From the human T2T-CHM13v2.0 reference genome, Homo sapiens: DNA of 64,000 nucleotides. Shown here piece by piece: positions 46,890 through 64,000 of this stretch. Numbering within the stretch: position 1 is the first letter of the stretch; each line of letters starts with the position of its first letter. Position numbers and translations under genes: made by a program. A model generated the notes under the pieces. The model ran no database searches, was not told the origin of the DNA, and saw nothing but the letters and a program-made list of their open reading frames with translations. The stretch is from assembly GCF_009914755.1 (NCBI RefSeq), contig NC_060932.1, one strand, 5' to 3'.

Positions 46890-47276
46890 TGCTAGGGACT
46901 GAATGTTTGTAAACCTCCAAAATTCATATGTTGAAGCCTTCTCTTCAATATGACGGTATCAGGAGGTGGGCTAAATTGATTAATTAGTGATTTTCTTAGT
47001 GGATTTCCTCATAACTCTATTTCATGAGGGTGGTGTCCTCATAAATGGTATCAGCGCCCTTTTAAAAAGAGGAGGAGACACGAGATTCTCTTTCTCTCAG
47101 TCATATGAAGACACAGTAAGAAGGCTGTCTCCAAACAAGGGAGCCAGCCCTCACTAATTGCCAGGTCTGTTGGCACCTTGATCTTGGATTTCGCACCCTC
47201 CAGAACTGTGAGACAGAACTGTTTGTCACTAAAGCCTCCAGTTTATAGGATTGTTACAATAGCCTGAGCCAAGACA
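46890..47276 (+). mobile_element. MaLR LTR (MLT1A/MST-type) containing a 54-bp templated insertion
   Basis: TGCTAGGGACTGAATGTTTGT...GCCTGAGCCAAGACA. Confidence 0.85.
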
Positions 47277-47661
47277 TGCTTGGTGAAGATGCCCGCCATG
47301 TTGCTAGTAGGCCCATGATATTCCACTCCCCCCGGCTGCTCTGAAAGCAACAGATGTGGCACTCAGCAACCAGCCAGCCAGGTGAGGCTCTAGTTTGGTC
47401 CCTAAGGCTATCTCCCTGACCCCTTGGTTGGACTTCAGAGGGAATGGAAATCAACTCGGGCTGTAGCCATATCCTGTTGGCCTTCCCAGGGCATGGACAA
47501 GCTGTGATAATCCTGCAAATAAATAGGGTGGGGAAGATCAGTTCAACTATAGGGTTGGCAAACATTCGCAGGCCACTTAGAAGAGCTGCAGCTTTAATCA
47601 TGCTGTCTTAGAGAGATTTCAACATGGCAGAGTGGGCATTGGTGGTGACATGTTCAGACAC

Positions 47662-47717
47662 TTGGAGAATTTATCTTCCTTCCTGCCCTTTGGAGAATTA
47701 TCTTCCTTCCTGCCCTT
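47662..47717. repeat. Tandem duplication 2 x ~28 bp
   Basis: TTGGAGAATT(T)ATCTTCCTTCCTGCCCT twice. Confidence 0.93.
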
Positions 47718-49460
47718 TTTTGCACTGCCCTTCCTCATCCTGTCTACCCAAGCACCATGGGGTTGTGCCTCTCCTTCAGTGATTTTATTAATCAGGATGC
47801 TCCAGTGTCCAAGTGGTCCTGGAAATTCCACCCCAAAAAAGGTGTAAAGTCAAGGGGCGGCTGATGCCTCTCCTGATACTGCATTGCTGATGGCTGTCAG
47901 TCTCCCCATCCTGTGTGGCAGCCTTGCAAGAACAGGGACCATGCTTATTTTTCTTTAGATTTTTCAATGACTTAGTGCCTGGTACATGGAAGATCAATAT
48001 ATATTGAAATAAATTGATTAATTAGTGATTTTCTTAGTGGATTTCCTCATAACTCTATTTCATTTATTGACTTAATATGGTCTCCATACCAGAAATGAAG
48101 TCTTAAAGAAAGTCAGTGCTGTGCATTTACATTAGTTCACAACATTTATGCCATCCCATCACACAGGTATCCATGCTCACTTATCCACACTATCCTGTAA
48201 AATCCCTGAAGGCGAGGACCATGTCTTACCCACACTTGAATGTCCACTGCAGTTGCCTTCACATGGTAGGCTCAATGGTTTTTCAGCTGATTTGAATAAT
48301 CTCTCTGCAAGGAAAAACTGTATGCTGAAACAGAAATCTTCACCCAAGCCCATCTACAACTTCTGCTAAGGAATTCAGGAGTGGATTTCTCTCTAATCTT
48401 GCCAAATTATAAGAAATATTTCTTGAGCTACTGAGACTTTCACAGGAATTCACAGGTTCACAATACAGTGTAACAAGGCTGTCTACTCCCTTTTGCTCTC
48501 CTGCTTAGGGGCTCTCCATAAGGCAGAGGCTTGCCAAATCTCGCCACTGTGTGTTGAGCTTTCATCTCAGTATATGACTAGGACTCTCTGCCTTCAGTCC
48601 CATTCTGTCTATGTAAGCAATACCAGAGAGCCTCCATACTCCAGCAGCTGGCAAATTTCTCTCTAAGATCAATTTCCATCTATGTTGAAGTTATGATTAA
48701 CTCTACTCTTTCCTAAAGCTGTGGGGTTGAGATGGATGGATCTTCTCTGATCTAGCCACTCCTAGGCAGCAGCACAAGCATTTCACCAGTCCCAAGCATC
48801 TTAGGCCCTATGCCAACTATCAGACCTGTGTCATGTTGGGGTTCGAGCACCTGCGCCTCAGGATATAGAAACCCTCCTTCTCTTTCTTCCAGTCCTTTTC
48901 AGATCAGAGTCCTTCAACACTAAACATCTTATTCCTCTCCTCCTCCTCCGTAGAACCTGAGGGCGCATCGGTTACAGTTTGGCAGTAGAAGAGTCCCAAG
49001 GCATAAAAAGGTCTATTTAGCTTCCATAAGGTTGAGGACAACCCTGCCATAGAAACAGAAAAGGCTTCCACCTTTTTCTGGGAAGTTGATGCCTTTCCTC
49101 CTCCCCACTACTGCCCAGCCCTCCAGCCCCACTGCAGCCCAGGAGAGGGTCCTCCTGCTACCACAGCAGAAGGCAGGGCACAAGTAAAGGCCTCAGCAGC
49201 TCACTCCTCCAGTTTCTGAGGAGATAGCCTTCCACAAGTCCTATCGTTCTTTTTCCCCTTTTGTACCAAGCTTCAGAATTTTTTGCCTATTTGTTGGAAT
49301 GGTAAGAGTGAAGTCAAGAAAAAAAAATAAAAATAAACTAACAGAGAAGAAAGGAAGTCAGTCCTAAACAAAACACCAAGAGAACTCAAGATTGTAGATG
49401 TGAACATATTTAATACCACTGAATTGTACACTTAAAAATGGTTAGAATGGTAATTTTGGG

Positions 49461-49749
49461 GTTTTTGTTTTTTGAGACATGGTCTCATTCTGTTGCCCAG
49501 GCTAAAGTACAGTGGCACATAGCTCACTGCAAACTCAAACTCCTGAACTGAAGAGATCCTCCTGCCTCAGCCTTCTGAGTAGCTGGGATACAGGCATGCA
49601 ACACCACACCTGGCTAACTTTTTTTATTTTTTGAAGAGATAGGGTCTTGCTATGTTGCCCAGGCTGTTCTCAAACTCCTGACCTCAAGCAATCCTCCTGC
49701 CTCAGCCTCCCAAAGTGCTGGGATTACAGTTGTGAACCAAAGTGCCTGT
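49461..49749 (-). mobile_element. AluJ inserted in a short L1M 3' end
   Basis: Reverse dimer; L1M tail (GAATTGTACACTTAAAAATGG...TATTTTATCACAAT) flanks it. Confidence 0.9.
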
Positions 49750-49916
49750 CAATTTATCGTTTTGTGTATTTTATCACAATTTAGAAAAAAAAGATTGCAG
49801 AAGCACAACCTGTAGTTGGAAGGAGAGGGGATAGTTGTCAGAAATTGTTTCAAGTATATATGCCAGATCTTCTAAAGTGTAAATCAATTTGTGAATATAT
49901 TTAACCTGCTAAATAC

Positions 49917-50193
49917 TTTTTTTTTTTTTGAGACGGAGTTTCACTCTTGTTGCCCAGGCTGGAGTGCAATGGCGTGATCTTGGCTAACCGCAACCTCTGC
50001 TTCCCAGGTTCAGGCAATTCTCCTGCTTCAGCCTCCCTAGTAGCTAGGATTAGAGGCACGTGCCAACACACCTGGCTTATTTTGTATTTTTAGTAGAGAC
50101 GGGGTTTCTCCATGTTGGTCAGGCTGGTCTCAAACTCCTGACCTTGGCCTCCCAAAGTGTAGGGATTACAGGCATGAGCCATGGTGCCCAGCC
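49917..50193 (-). mobile_element. Alu (AluS-type)
   Basis: Poly-T and reverse dimer. Confidence 0.95.
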
Positions 50194-51124
50194 TAAAATA
50201 CCTTTATATTAAATGAAATTGGCTTGTTATGAGCCAAAGGCATCTTTTCTTCCAACATTTTTGTTGTCACCAAAACAACACTCTATAAGCCTAGACTCCA
50301 AGTCTGTCAGCTACCACAAAAATTATAAGTTCTAGGATAAGGTCCCTGATAGTATTATTTCACCAGGCCCAGTTTTTAGAAGATAGGTTTTTGGTCTCTT
50401 TGTGCATACATTACCTCAGATTATACTTAGGCTTGTAGAGTTGTAGGAAAATTACACACTGATGTCTCTTTAGTTTCAGGTAAAAACATGGCACAAGCAA
50501 AGCACTCTCAATAATCAAAAAGCATTCCTCTCTTTATACATCTATTTTGTGTAGATATCAACTTGTATTCCAAGAACTATAAATTGTGCCTGTAACTGTG
50601 AACACATACATTTTCTCTGTTTAGCTTAATATTCTGGTGGGATCAACAGGTACTGATGGCAATTTCTATACTTCTTTAAACATAAACATCAATCAGGGTA
50701 CAGACTGTAAGCATTTTGAAAATGCCATACATTAAGAGACAAGAACTGCTTGAGGAATCACAAATATTTATTCTAAAGCAGGTCTTAAATTCAGCTTTCT
50801 TCTGACTTGGACTGTCTGCTGAAGTCTGCCCTGCACTCAACATTCTAAGCCCATTCAATTAGAAGCCAGCTCTTCATAATTCCAGGTAGCAGTCCCCCTC
50901 ATTTTCAAATGCAGAAAAATTCAGACAGAAAAACCAGAGGAATATTAAGCACTTGAAATTCTATGGCTGATTATAAGAGTCTATGATGGACCTAATGGAG
51001 GTTTGGAAAGTGTTCCTGATGGCAGCGTGCTGTAGAGAGCCGCCACCTAGAAACCATGTGACACCAAGGGAGCCTCTGGACTTAGGAACACACTTTTGTC
51101 TTTATTCACAAAATCACTCATATG

Positions 51125-52102
51125 TTTTGGGTTTTGTTAAATAAAAACAGCATATTCTTTATTTTGCATACTTTAGATTCAGAACAAAATGATCAAACAA
51201 TAAAACCACAATACATAACATCCAATCCTGCTGTCAGAGAAGGGAGGGAATGGGGCTTGAGGCCCTTGTTTCCTGCCTGAGACACACCAGGACAGGAGAG
51301 GAAAAAACACTAGACATTAGCAGAGGGAGCCACGTAGGACAAGGCACACAAGGCTGCGGTGAGAACCGTGGGGACATTATATGAAGACCCAAGGTATAAA
51401 CTCCTGATCTTCTATGCAAGATGCATCTTCATTGCCCTCAAAGCTAGAGAATCTCATCAGGAACTGCAGCACTGGGTTCCTCTGCTTCCACTTCATCCTC
51501 AACAGGCCTAGCTTGATCCTGCAGTCAATCTAGTTGGAGTGAGTTTGGGGATCCTCAAGGAAGAAGCCAGAAGAGAGCAGCACGGTTTCAAACAGCAGCA
51601 CCATCAGGTCCCTGACTGCCTTGCTGTTCCTATCAGCCTCAGCCTTCTGCTGCAGCATCTCCACAATGGGGTGGTTGGGGTTGATCTCCAGGTGCTTTTT
51701 GGCCATCATGTAGCCCATGATAGAGTTGTCCCGAAGTGCCTGGGCTTTCATGATCTGCTCCATATTGGCTGTCCAGCCATAGGTGCTGGTCACAATGCAA
51801 CAGGGTGAAGACACAAGCCTATTGAAGATTGTCATCTTCTCAAACTTTTTATCTAAGATTTTTTTTCATGAGCTTGCAGAGGTTCTCAAACTTTGCCTTG
51901 CTCTCTTCCATTTTCTTCTCCTCATTCTCAGGTAGCTCCAGACTCTCCTTGGTAACTGAGACCAGGCTTTTCCCATCAAATTCCTTGAGCTGCTGCACAC
52001 ATTACTCATCAATGGACTCAGTCATAGAGACTACCTTGAAGCCCCGCTTCCACACTCGGTCCACAAAAGCAGAATTGGCCACCTGCTCTTTGCTCTCACC
52101 AG
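51125..52102 (-). pseudogene. HSP90AB1: Processed, 5'-truncated pseudogene of HSP90AB1 (HSP90-beta): C-terminal third plus 3' UTR
   Basis: Intronless; translates to [13 protein letters not shown]...[49 protein letters not shown]...LEDPQTHSN with stops and frameshifts; 3' UTR with AATAAA and a degenerate A-tail; putative TSD AAAATYACTCAT (51110, 52103). The symbol is the parent gene; the specific pseudogene number was not determined. Confidence 0.95.
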
Positions 52103-52163
52103 AAAATTACTCATGTTACATCCACGTGTAACTTCACTGTCCAAGGCTGAAATGAAATCATGT

Positions 52164-52899
<736 letters not shown>

Positions 52900-53298
52900 C
52901 ATGATGGAAAACCTTTATTAAACCATAAATAATTGTACAGATGCCAGTAATCACTAATATTTTAAACCATAACTTAGGGTTCTACAATATTTTAACCTAT
53001 TTTTTGAGATATGGAAGCTAGACTTTTCCTCCTCTAAAATTTGAGGCCCTCAATGAGGTGAGGAAAAGGAATTAGTGACAATCAATTTTGTATCCACAGC
53101 ACTAATTTAATGCCCAACACAAATAGCCCATTAATTATAGGCAAACCTCAGAGATATTGCAGGGTCAGTTCCAGAACACCATGACAAAGTGAGTCACACA
53201 ATTTTTTTTGGGTCCCCAGTCATATAAAAGTTATGTTTACACTATACTGTGGTCTATTAAGTGTGCAATAGCATAATGTCTTTAAAAGTGAACATACC

Positions 53299-53760
53299 TG
53301 TGATATTATTTGATATGGTTTGGCTCTGTGTGCCCACCCAAATCTCATGTTGAATTGTAATTCCCAATGTTGGGGGAGGGACTTGGTGGGAGGTGATTGG
53401 ATCATGGGGGCGGGTTTCCCCCATGCTGTTCTTGTGATAGTGAATGAGTTCTCATGACAGCTGATGGTTTAAAAGTGTGTGGCACTTTCCCCCTTGTTCT
53501 CTCTCTCTCCTGCCACCATGTGAAGAGGTGCTTGTTTCCTCTTCACCTTCCACCATGATTGTAAGTTTCTGACACTATCTTGAGGTAGATAGTGTCAGAA
53601 TTAAATTAGAGGATACTCAGTTCGTATCTGCAGCAGAACTGCAGATTGCTTATTTTTTGGTGGGGAGTAATCCCCCACATTTGGTCACAGAACTTTTTTG
53701 TGTTGATTGTTGTTGTGTTTTGAATGAGAAAAGAGGAAAAACATGGTTTGAATTTTTCCC
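53299..53760 (+). mobile_element. MER21-like LTR remnant with a nested THE1/MSTA LTR part (53311-53570)
   Basis: TSD TACC; TGATATGGTTTGGCTCTGTG (THE1/MSTA start); GTGTCAGAATTAAATT...CCCCACATTTGGTCACAGAA (MER21-like 3' part). Confidence 0.7.
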
Positions 53761-54030
53761 TACCTTAATTTAAAAATATTTTATTGCTAAAAAATGATAA
53801 TAATCATCTGAGCCTTCAGTGTGTCATCATCTTTTTGCTGGTGGAAGGTCTTGTCTTGATTCTGATAGCTACTGACTGATCAGGGTGGTGTAAAAGGTGA
53901 GAGTGATTATGGCAATTTCTTAAAATAAAACCACAATAAAGTTTTCGCATTGATTGACTATTCCTTGATTGAGTTCTCTGTAGCATGAGAATGCTATTTC
54001 ATAGTATTTTCCCACAGGAGAACTTTTTTC

Positions 54031-57260
<3,230 letters not shown>

Positions 57261-58146
57261 AGGAGAACTTTTTTCAAAATTTCAGTCAATTTTCTCAAAT
57301 CTTGCTGCTGTTTTATCAACTAAGTTTATACTACATTCTAAATGTTTAATTGTCATTTCAACAATGTTCACAGCATTTTTGACAGGCGTAGATTCCATCT
57401 CAAGAAATCACTTTCTATGGTTATCTATAAAAAGCAACTCCTCATCCATTCAAGTTTTGTCATGAGATTGCTGCAATCCCCTGACAAGTACCACATCTGC
57501 AGTTACTTCCTCCACTGAAGTCTTGAACCCCTCCAGGTTACACTTGAGGGTGCAAATCAACTTCTTCCAAACTCCTGTTAATGATGATAGTATGACCTCC
57601 TCTTGTGAATCATGAATGTTCTTAACAGTATGTAGAATGATGACTTTCTAGGAGTTTTCCAGTGTACTCTGCCCAGATCCAAGAAAGGAATCCAATCTAT
57701 GGCAAGCAAAGCCTTACTAAATATATTTTTTAAATAATAAGACTTACAACTCAAAATTACTCCTTAATCCATAGGCTGCAGAATGGATGTTGTGTTAGCA
57801 GGCATGAAAACAATGCTTATTTCCCGGTACATCTCCATCAGAACTCTTGGGTAACTAGGTGCATGGTCAATAAGCAGTAATATTTTGAAAGAAATCTCTA
57901 TTTTTTTCCTGTGGAGTAGGTCTCAATAGTGAACTTAAAATATTCACCAAACCATGCAGTAAACACGCGCTGTCATCCAGACTTTGTTGTTCCATTTCTA
58001 GAGCAGAGGCAGAGCAGATTTAGTATAATTCTTAAGGACCGTAGGATTTTCAGAATGGGAAATGAACAATGGCTTCAAGTTAAAGTCACCATTATATCAG
58101 TGCCTAACAAGAGAATCAATCTATGTGTTGAAGCTTTAAAGCCAGG

Positions 58147-58847
<701 letters not shown>

Positions 58848-60201
58848 CCAGACATCACCTTCTCATTTGTAGCTATGAAAGTCCTAGATGGCATCTTCTC
58901 ACAACATATGGTTGTTTCATCTACACTGAAAATTTGTTGTTTAGTGTAGCCACCTTCATCAATGATCTTAGCTAGATCTTCTGGATAACCTGCTGCCACT
59001 TCTCCATCATCACTTGCTGCTTCACCTTGCACTTTTATGCTATGGAGATGGTTTCTTTCCTTAAATTTCATGAACAAACAACCTCTGCTAGCTTCACACT
59101 TTTCTTCTGCAGTTTCCTCACCTCTCTCAGCCCTCATGGAATTGAAGAGAGTTGGGCCTTGCTCTGGGTTAGGCTTTGGCTTAAGAGAATGTTGCAGCTG
59201 GTTTGATCTTCTATCCAGACTGCTAAAACTTTCTCTATATTAGCAATAAGACTGTTTCACTTTCTTACTTTTTGTGTGTTCACTGGACTAGCACTTTTAA
59301 TTTCCTTCAAGAAATTTTCCTTTGCATTCACAGCAGGGCTAACTGGTGCAAGACACCTAGCTTTCTACTTATCTTGAGTTCCGACATGCCTTCCTCACTA
59401 AGCTTAATAATTTCTAGCTTTTGACGTAAAGTGATAGACATGTGATGCTTCTTTTCAGTTGAACACTTAGAAGCTATTGTAGGGTTATTAATTGGCCTAA
59501 TTTCAATATTGCTGTGTCTCAGGGAATAGGGAGTTTGAGGAGAGGGAGAGAGATGAGAAATGACTGGTCAATGGAGCAGTCGGAACCCACACAACTATCA
59601 ATTAAGTTCACCCTCTTATGTGGGTGCAGTTTGTGATGTCCCAAAACAATTACAATAGTAACATCAAAGATCACTGATCACAGATCACTGTAACAGAAAT
59701 AATAATAAAGACAAACTTTGAAATATTGCAAGAGTCACCAAAATGTGACACATAGACATGAAGTGAGCACATCCTATTGGAAAAATGACGCCGATAGACT
59801 TGCCCAATGTAGGGTTGCCACAAACCTTCAGTTTGTAAAAAGTGCAGTATCTGTGAGATGCAATAAAGCAAAGTGCCATAAAATGAGGTGTGCCTGTAAA
59901 TGTTGCTGAGTGAATGAGTATGACTGGGGCAAGCAGAGACGTGCCCATGAGTCAGGACTGCAGAAGAGCACTTTTTGCATGGAAAGGATCAAAAATGAAG
60001 TACTCAAAGAGAACTGCATCATGAAGGAGAAACTTGGATTTGTGATTCAGGCAAGTCCAGGTTCAAATCCTGGCTCTGCAATTTACCAGCTGCAGAAACT
60101 TGGGTAAGTTACTAACTTGCAATTTATTTGCCTATAAAATGGGGGAAAAAATTCCTTCATCTTACCAGTCACCATGAGGATTAGAAATAATGCATGTAAA
60201 C

Positions 60202-60656
60202 ATTAGTTTTAGATTCCTAGAGCCACCAAAACCAATAAACACAAACTGGGTGGCTTAAAACAACAGGAATTTATTCTCTTAAAGTTCCAGAGGCTCGAAG
60301 TGTGAGAACAAGGGGACATGCTCCCTCTGAAGGCCATAGGAGAGAATCACTCCCCTCTTCCAGCTTCTGGTGGTTCAGGAGATCCCTGGCTGGCAGTTGC
60401 ATCACTTCAGTCTCTTCTCCTGTCTCCACATGGTCTTCTCCTCTTCTCCTGGATCCCTTTATCTGTCTCTTATAAGGACTCTACACTTGTCTTTGGATTT
60501 AGGGTCCACTCAGATAATCCAGGATGATCTCATTTTGAGATCCTTAACTTAATAACATTTGCAAAGGCCCTTTTTCCAAATAAGTTCACATTCATGGGTT
60601 CCAGCCGTTAGGATATAAACATATCTTTTGGGAGGGCCGCCATTCAAGCCAAAATA
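60202..60656 (-). mobile_element. MLT1-type MaLR LTR
   Basis: CACAAACTGGGTGGCTTAAAACAACAGGAATTTATT...GGCCCTTTTTCCAAATAAG. Confidence 0.85.
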
Positions 60657-60659
60657 GTA

Positions 60660-61164
60660 CAGGTTGAGTATCCCTCATATTCAACTTGTGGAAGTGAGTT
60701 GGAACCAGAAGTGTCTTGGATTTTGAATTTTTTCAGATTTTGGAATATCTGCATTACCCTATGGATATCATGCAGCCTTTTTTTTGACATTTTCAACAAT
60801 ATCTTTATACCACAGAGCACACGCCAAAAAACAGTGAGCAATGCACGTAAGCCTTAGCCCCAGGTGGGGCATCATGGGGGAGCTGCTGTTGGTGTGTCCA
60901 GCTGGCACACGTACCATTTTATAGCTTTTTATGGTTGTGCTTGCATGGGGAATTTGAGTCTGCACAGATATATTGCAGCTTAAATGGACTGGGTCTTTTT
61001 TTCCTTGAGGACACCGAATACACTGTGTCACGCACCTGTGTGTTGACTGTGATCCATCACATGTGATCAGATCTGGGATTTTCCACTTGCGGGGTCATGT
61101 CAGTGCTCAAAAAGTTTTGGATTTTGCAGCACTTTCAATTTTCCCATTAGGGATATTCAACATG
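60660..61164. mobile_element. Tigger4/MER46-type DNA transposon
   Basis: TA-CAGGTTGAGTATCCC ... GGGATATTCAACATG inverted termini. Confidence 0.8.
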
Positions 61165-62289
61165 CATTTAATATGTACCAACATAGAGTAGCCACAGAAT
61201 AGATGAACCACTGCTCAATAATAGCCCACTAGAGTAATAATTATTATCACTATTTTTCGTGTGGAAGGACAAGGCTTTTCTCTCCCTCACCACCACCCCC
61301 CAGCCCTCCACCACCACCACCCTTTTTTTTGGCTCCTGCCCTCACCCTTGTTTGGAAGGGGAGCTTCACTTGAATAACACATCAAAGAAGTGCATGGGAG
61401 TGGCCTCATTTGCCAGGAGGGAAATGGGTTGGTTTCATAGGTGTTCCACTGTGAAAAGACTAAAAGACCAGGATTACCTCTAAGGAGGAGGACCATTTAC
61501 AAGCTGCTACCGTCCCATCTCCTCAGGAAAAATAATCGCCAGAACCTTGATCTCCCCTGCCAAGGCGGGGGAGCAGGGAGGCTACAGAGGTTAAAAACAA
61601 AGAGGGAGGACACCAGGAAGACAGGATTCCTGGATGCCCAATTCACTCCGACTATATGAGTAAAGTCAAAAGCATTTTCCACTACCATTTGGGCTCCGTA
61701 AGTGTTGATTACCGGATGCCCACAAGATTTTTTTATGGTGATGGGCAGTGACACATGGCCTTTCCATAGGAAGATGTTGCTCCCATCCAGCCCAACTCCT
61801 TACTGTAAAGGTTCCCTTCTCTCGCCACTCCCTCTCCCTGCATTTCACAGGTTGTTCATGCTGAAGGGCACATCCAAGTTCACTAGTTCAAGTGTCCCTG
61901 GAAGGAAGATCTGGTCCTCCGTCTGATCTCTGTGTTAGAGACCTCAGCTAGAACCAAACAAAACCAACAGACTTGGTGGGACTGGAGGCAACGTCAAATG
62001 GCCTCAGGGTTCTGTGTGGGTTTCGTTGAGTTTTTGCTTCCTTGGGCGTCATATTCTCCTCCTTGTCTCTTTTCCCCTCGATCCCTCCCACCTTCCCACC
62101 TGGGAACACTTAGCCATGCCTACCACTCATAATTGCCCTCAATTTGGCATTCAATCCTCACATTAGGGACCCACCCCAGACTCAGCCACACCCAGACTCT
62201 ACTTCAGCCTCAGTCTCAGTCAGTAGAAAAGCCTGGAAGGCAGAGCAGAGTAGCATCTCAGACGCACCCGTGGCCCCCGGTTCTAATAC

Positions 62290-62800
62290 TGCTTTTACCT
62301 TGTGATCTCTGCTGATTATTCTCCATCTCCTTACCCACATCCACTCTCTGTTCACCCTGCTCTGCACCCCAAGAAGCTGACTCCCGTGGAATGCAGGACC
62401 TGTGCTCCATTATCAACAGACTGTGAACAGGGGTTGGCCATGGGAGGCACACAGGCAGGAGGTGGAAAGAGGGAGTAGAAAGAGTCAGGAACTTCCCTGC
62501 TCCCCATGCGGCACCATCTCTGGCATCCCTCATAACCACAGCTCCTACCAGGCAGCACTTCTTCTGCAGTGCCTGTTCCTACTGGCTCTCCCTTTGGCCC
62601 TTTAGCCCTAAGGGTGGCAACAGCTTTTCACTGTGTTAGTCTCCAGGTACATCACAATCGTGTCTGCTTCTTTAACCCTGTCCATAAAGTCTCTTCATTT
62701 GAGCCATTTCCTAAGAGGAGCCCTACCAATACATGGTCAAGCCATCTTCTTCTTCTTCTACTCCTGGGTGCTTATCTTCATTCCTACCTAATACCATACT
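62290..62800 (+). mobile_element. Old ERVL LTR (LTR33-like)
   Basis: CCTGCTCTGCACCCCAAGAAGCTGAC...GGTTGGCCATGGGAGGCAC motifs. Confidence 0.55.
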
Positions 62801-63509
62801 TTGGTTTCTCTGGGGAGAGGTGTAATGAATACTGTAGTGTGCCATCCAAATTGCATCTTGAGAGCTGCAGTACTTGCTCCTCAGTTGCTGAGAGTGTCCA
62901 CAGGAGAGGCCCTCCTGAGAAATTTCCCTCGGCAGAAGAGATCTACCTTGCCCAGGGTCGCACCCCATGATCCATGATCCCATGATCTTGTGGCTGACTA
63001 GTGCAGGGAGGGGTGGAGTTTATAAAGGTGAAATCTCCTTGCCTCAGAGCAGGAAAATCCTGAAGGTCTTTTCCAGTTCCACAGATCCATGTGGGATTGG
63101 TGGAAGCCTTCACTGAGGCTGCACTGCTGTTCAAGTCCTCTGCCCAATCATTTTGCTTGCCCACCCTCCTGGGAACTGTTACTGAAGGCACAGCCAGTAA
63201 AATTCTGGCACATGTGGAGTTCTCTTCCCTGGGAACATGTCCTTAGGCAATGAGTTCTTGACTAAAGACCAGGAAGTGGTCTCTCAACTATATGCTGCTA
63301 GTCTTTGAAGACAGGGCCTGCCAGACTAGACTCAATTTCCTTCTTCCATCTGGTCCTACCCTATGTTTGCCACTTAGCTGTCCAGGTATCCTACCTGTTC
63401 TCCACCCTTTGGAAATTCCATCCCATCTCCCTCACCTTACTCAGAGTCCAGCATCTCTGATCTGAACCATCTCATCGCCAACTAACATCCTTTCTTGCAA
63501 AATAATAAA

Positions 63510-64000
63510 GATTCTTCTCAGTTCACATGAGGTGCTGGGGATAGTGCTAGGTACTAGGGACATAGAAATGAGTAAGAAGTAGTTTCTGCCTTGGAGGAGC
63601 TCGAATCCCACATGTGCCAATTTACCAGCTGTAGACTTTGTTAAGGAGAATGAGAAGAGGTGGCTTGAAAAGTAAAAGGAGAAAGAAAATAATGCTCTGG
63701 AAGCCTCCTCAAGGAAGAGAGATCCACTGTGTCAAAAGGTGCTTGACAGGGCAAATAAGGACTGAGAATTGTCACTGGCTTTGGCCACATGGAAGTTACC
63801 AGAAACCTTGACAAGAGCTGTTTTAGTGCAGTGGTGATGCCAACTGCCTAATTGGAGTGGGTTCAAGAGAGCCAGGAGGTTGAGGAAGGAAGACTGAGTC
63901 CAGGGCACTCTGGAGTTTTGCTATAAAGGGAAGCAAAGAAATGAAGTAGCAGGTGACAAGAGGGATGCTTGTTCATTTAAGACAGATTTTGTAGCAAGTT
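63510..64000 (-). mobile_element. L2 fragments
   Basis: GGACTGAGAATTGTCACTGGCTTTGGC...CCTTGACAAGAGCTGTTTTAGTG...GGAGTGGGTTCAAGAG. Confidence 0.65.

Overview
Primate (most likely human or great ape, since AluY elements are present) non-coding genomic DNA. It is dominated by interspersed repeats: about 25 Alus, several L1 fragments, L2/MIR, MaLR and ERV solo LTRs, and Tigger and MER1 DNA transposons. I found no intact protein-coding gene, RNA gene or CRISPR array. The only recognisable protein-derived sequences are a 5'-truncated processed HSP90AB1 pseudogene (minus strand, ~51.1-52.1 kb), decayed L1 ORF2 and decayed Tigger1 transposase. The structure that repeat annotation does not explain is: (1) an unrecognised ~230-bp unit present three times at 3.0-5.6 kb (two direct, one inverted), with exon-like borders and an open frame in copy 1; (2) four insertion sites carrying five locally copied segments, three of the sites within 18.1-22.9 kb, including a two-source patchwork inside an Alu; (3) a near-perfect CTCF motif in a CpG-enriched patch at ~9.96 kb; and (4) an old ERVL LTR that retains many CpGs. 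Repeat subfamily names come from recalled consensus sequences, not a database search, and boundaries of old elements are approximate. I cannot claim a new biological system from sequence alone.
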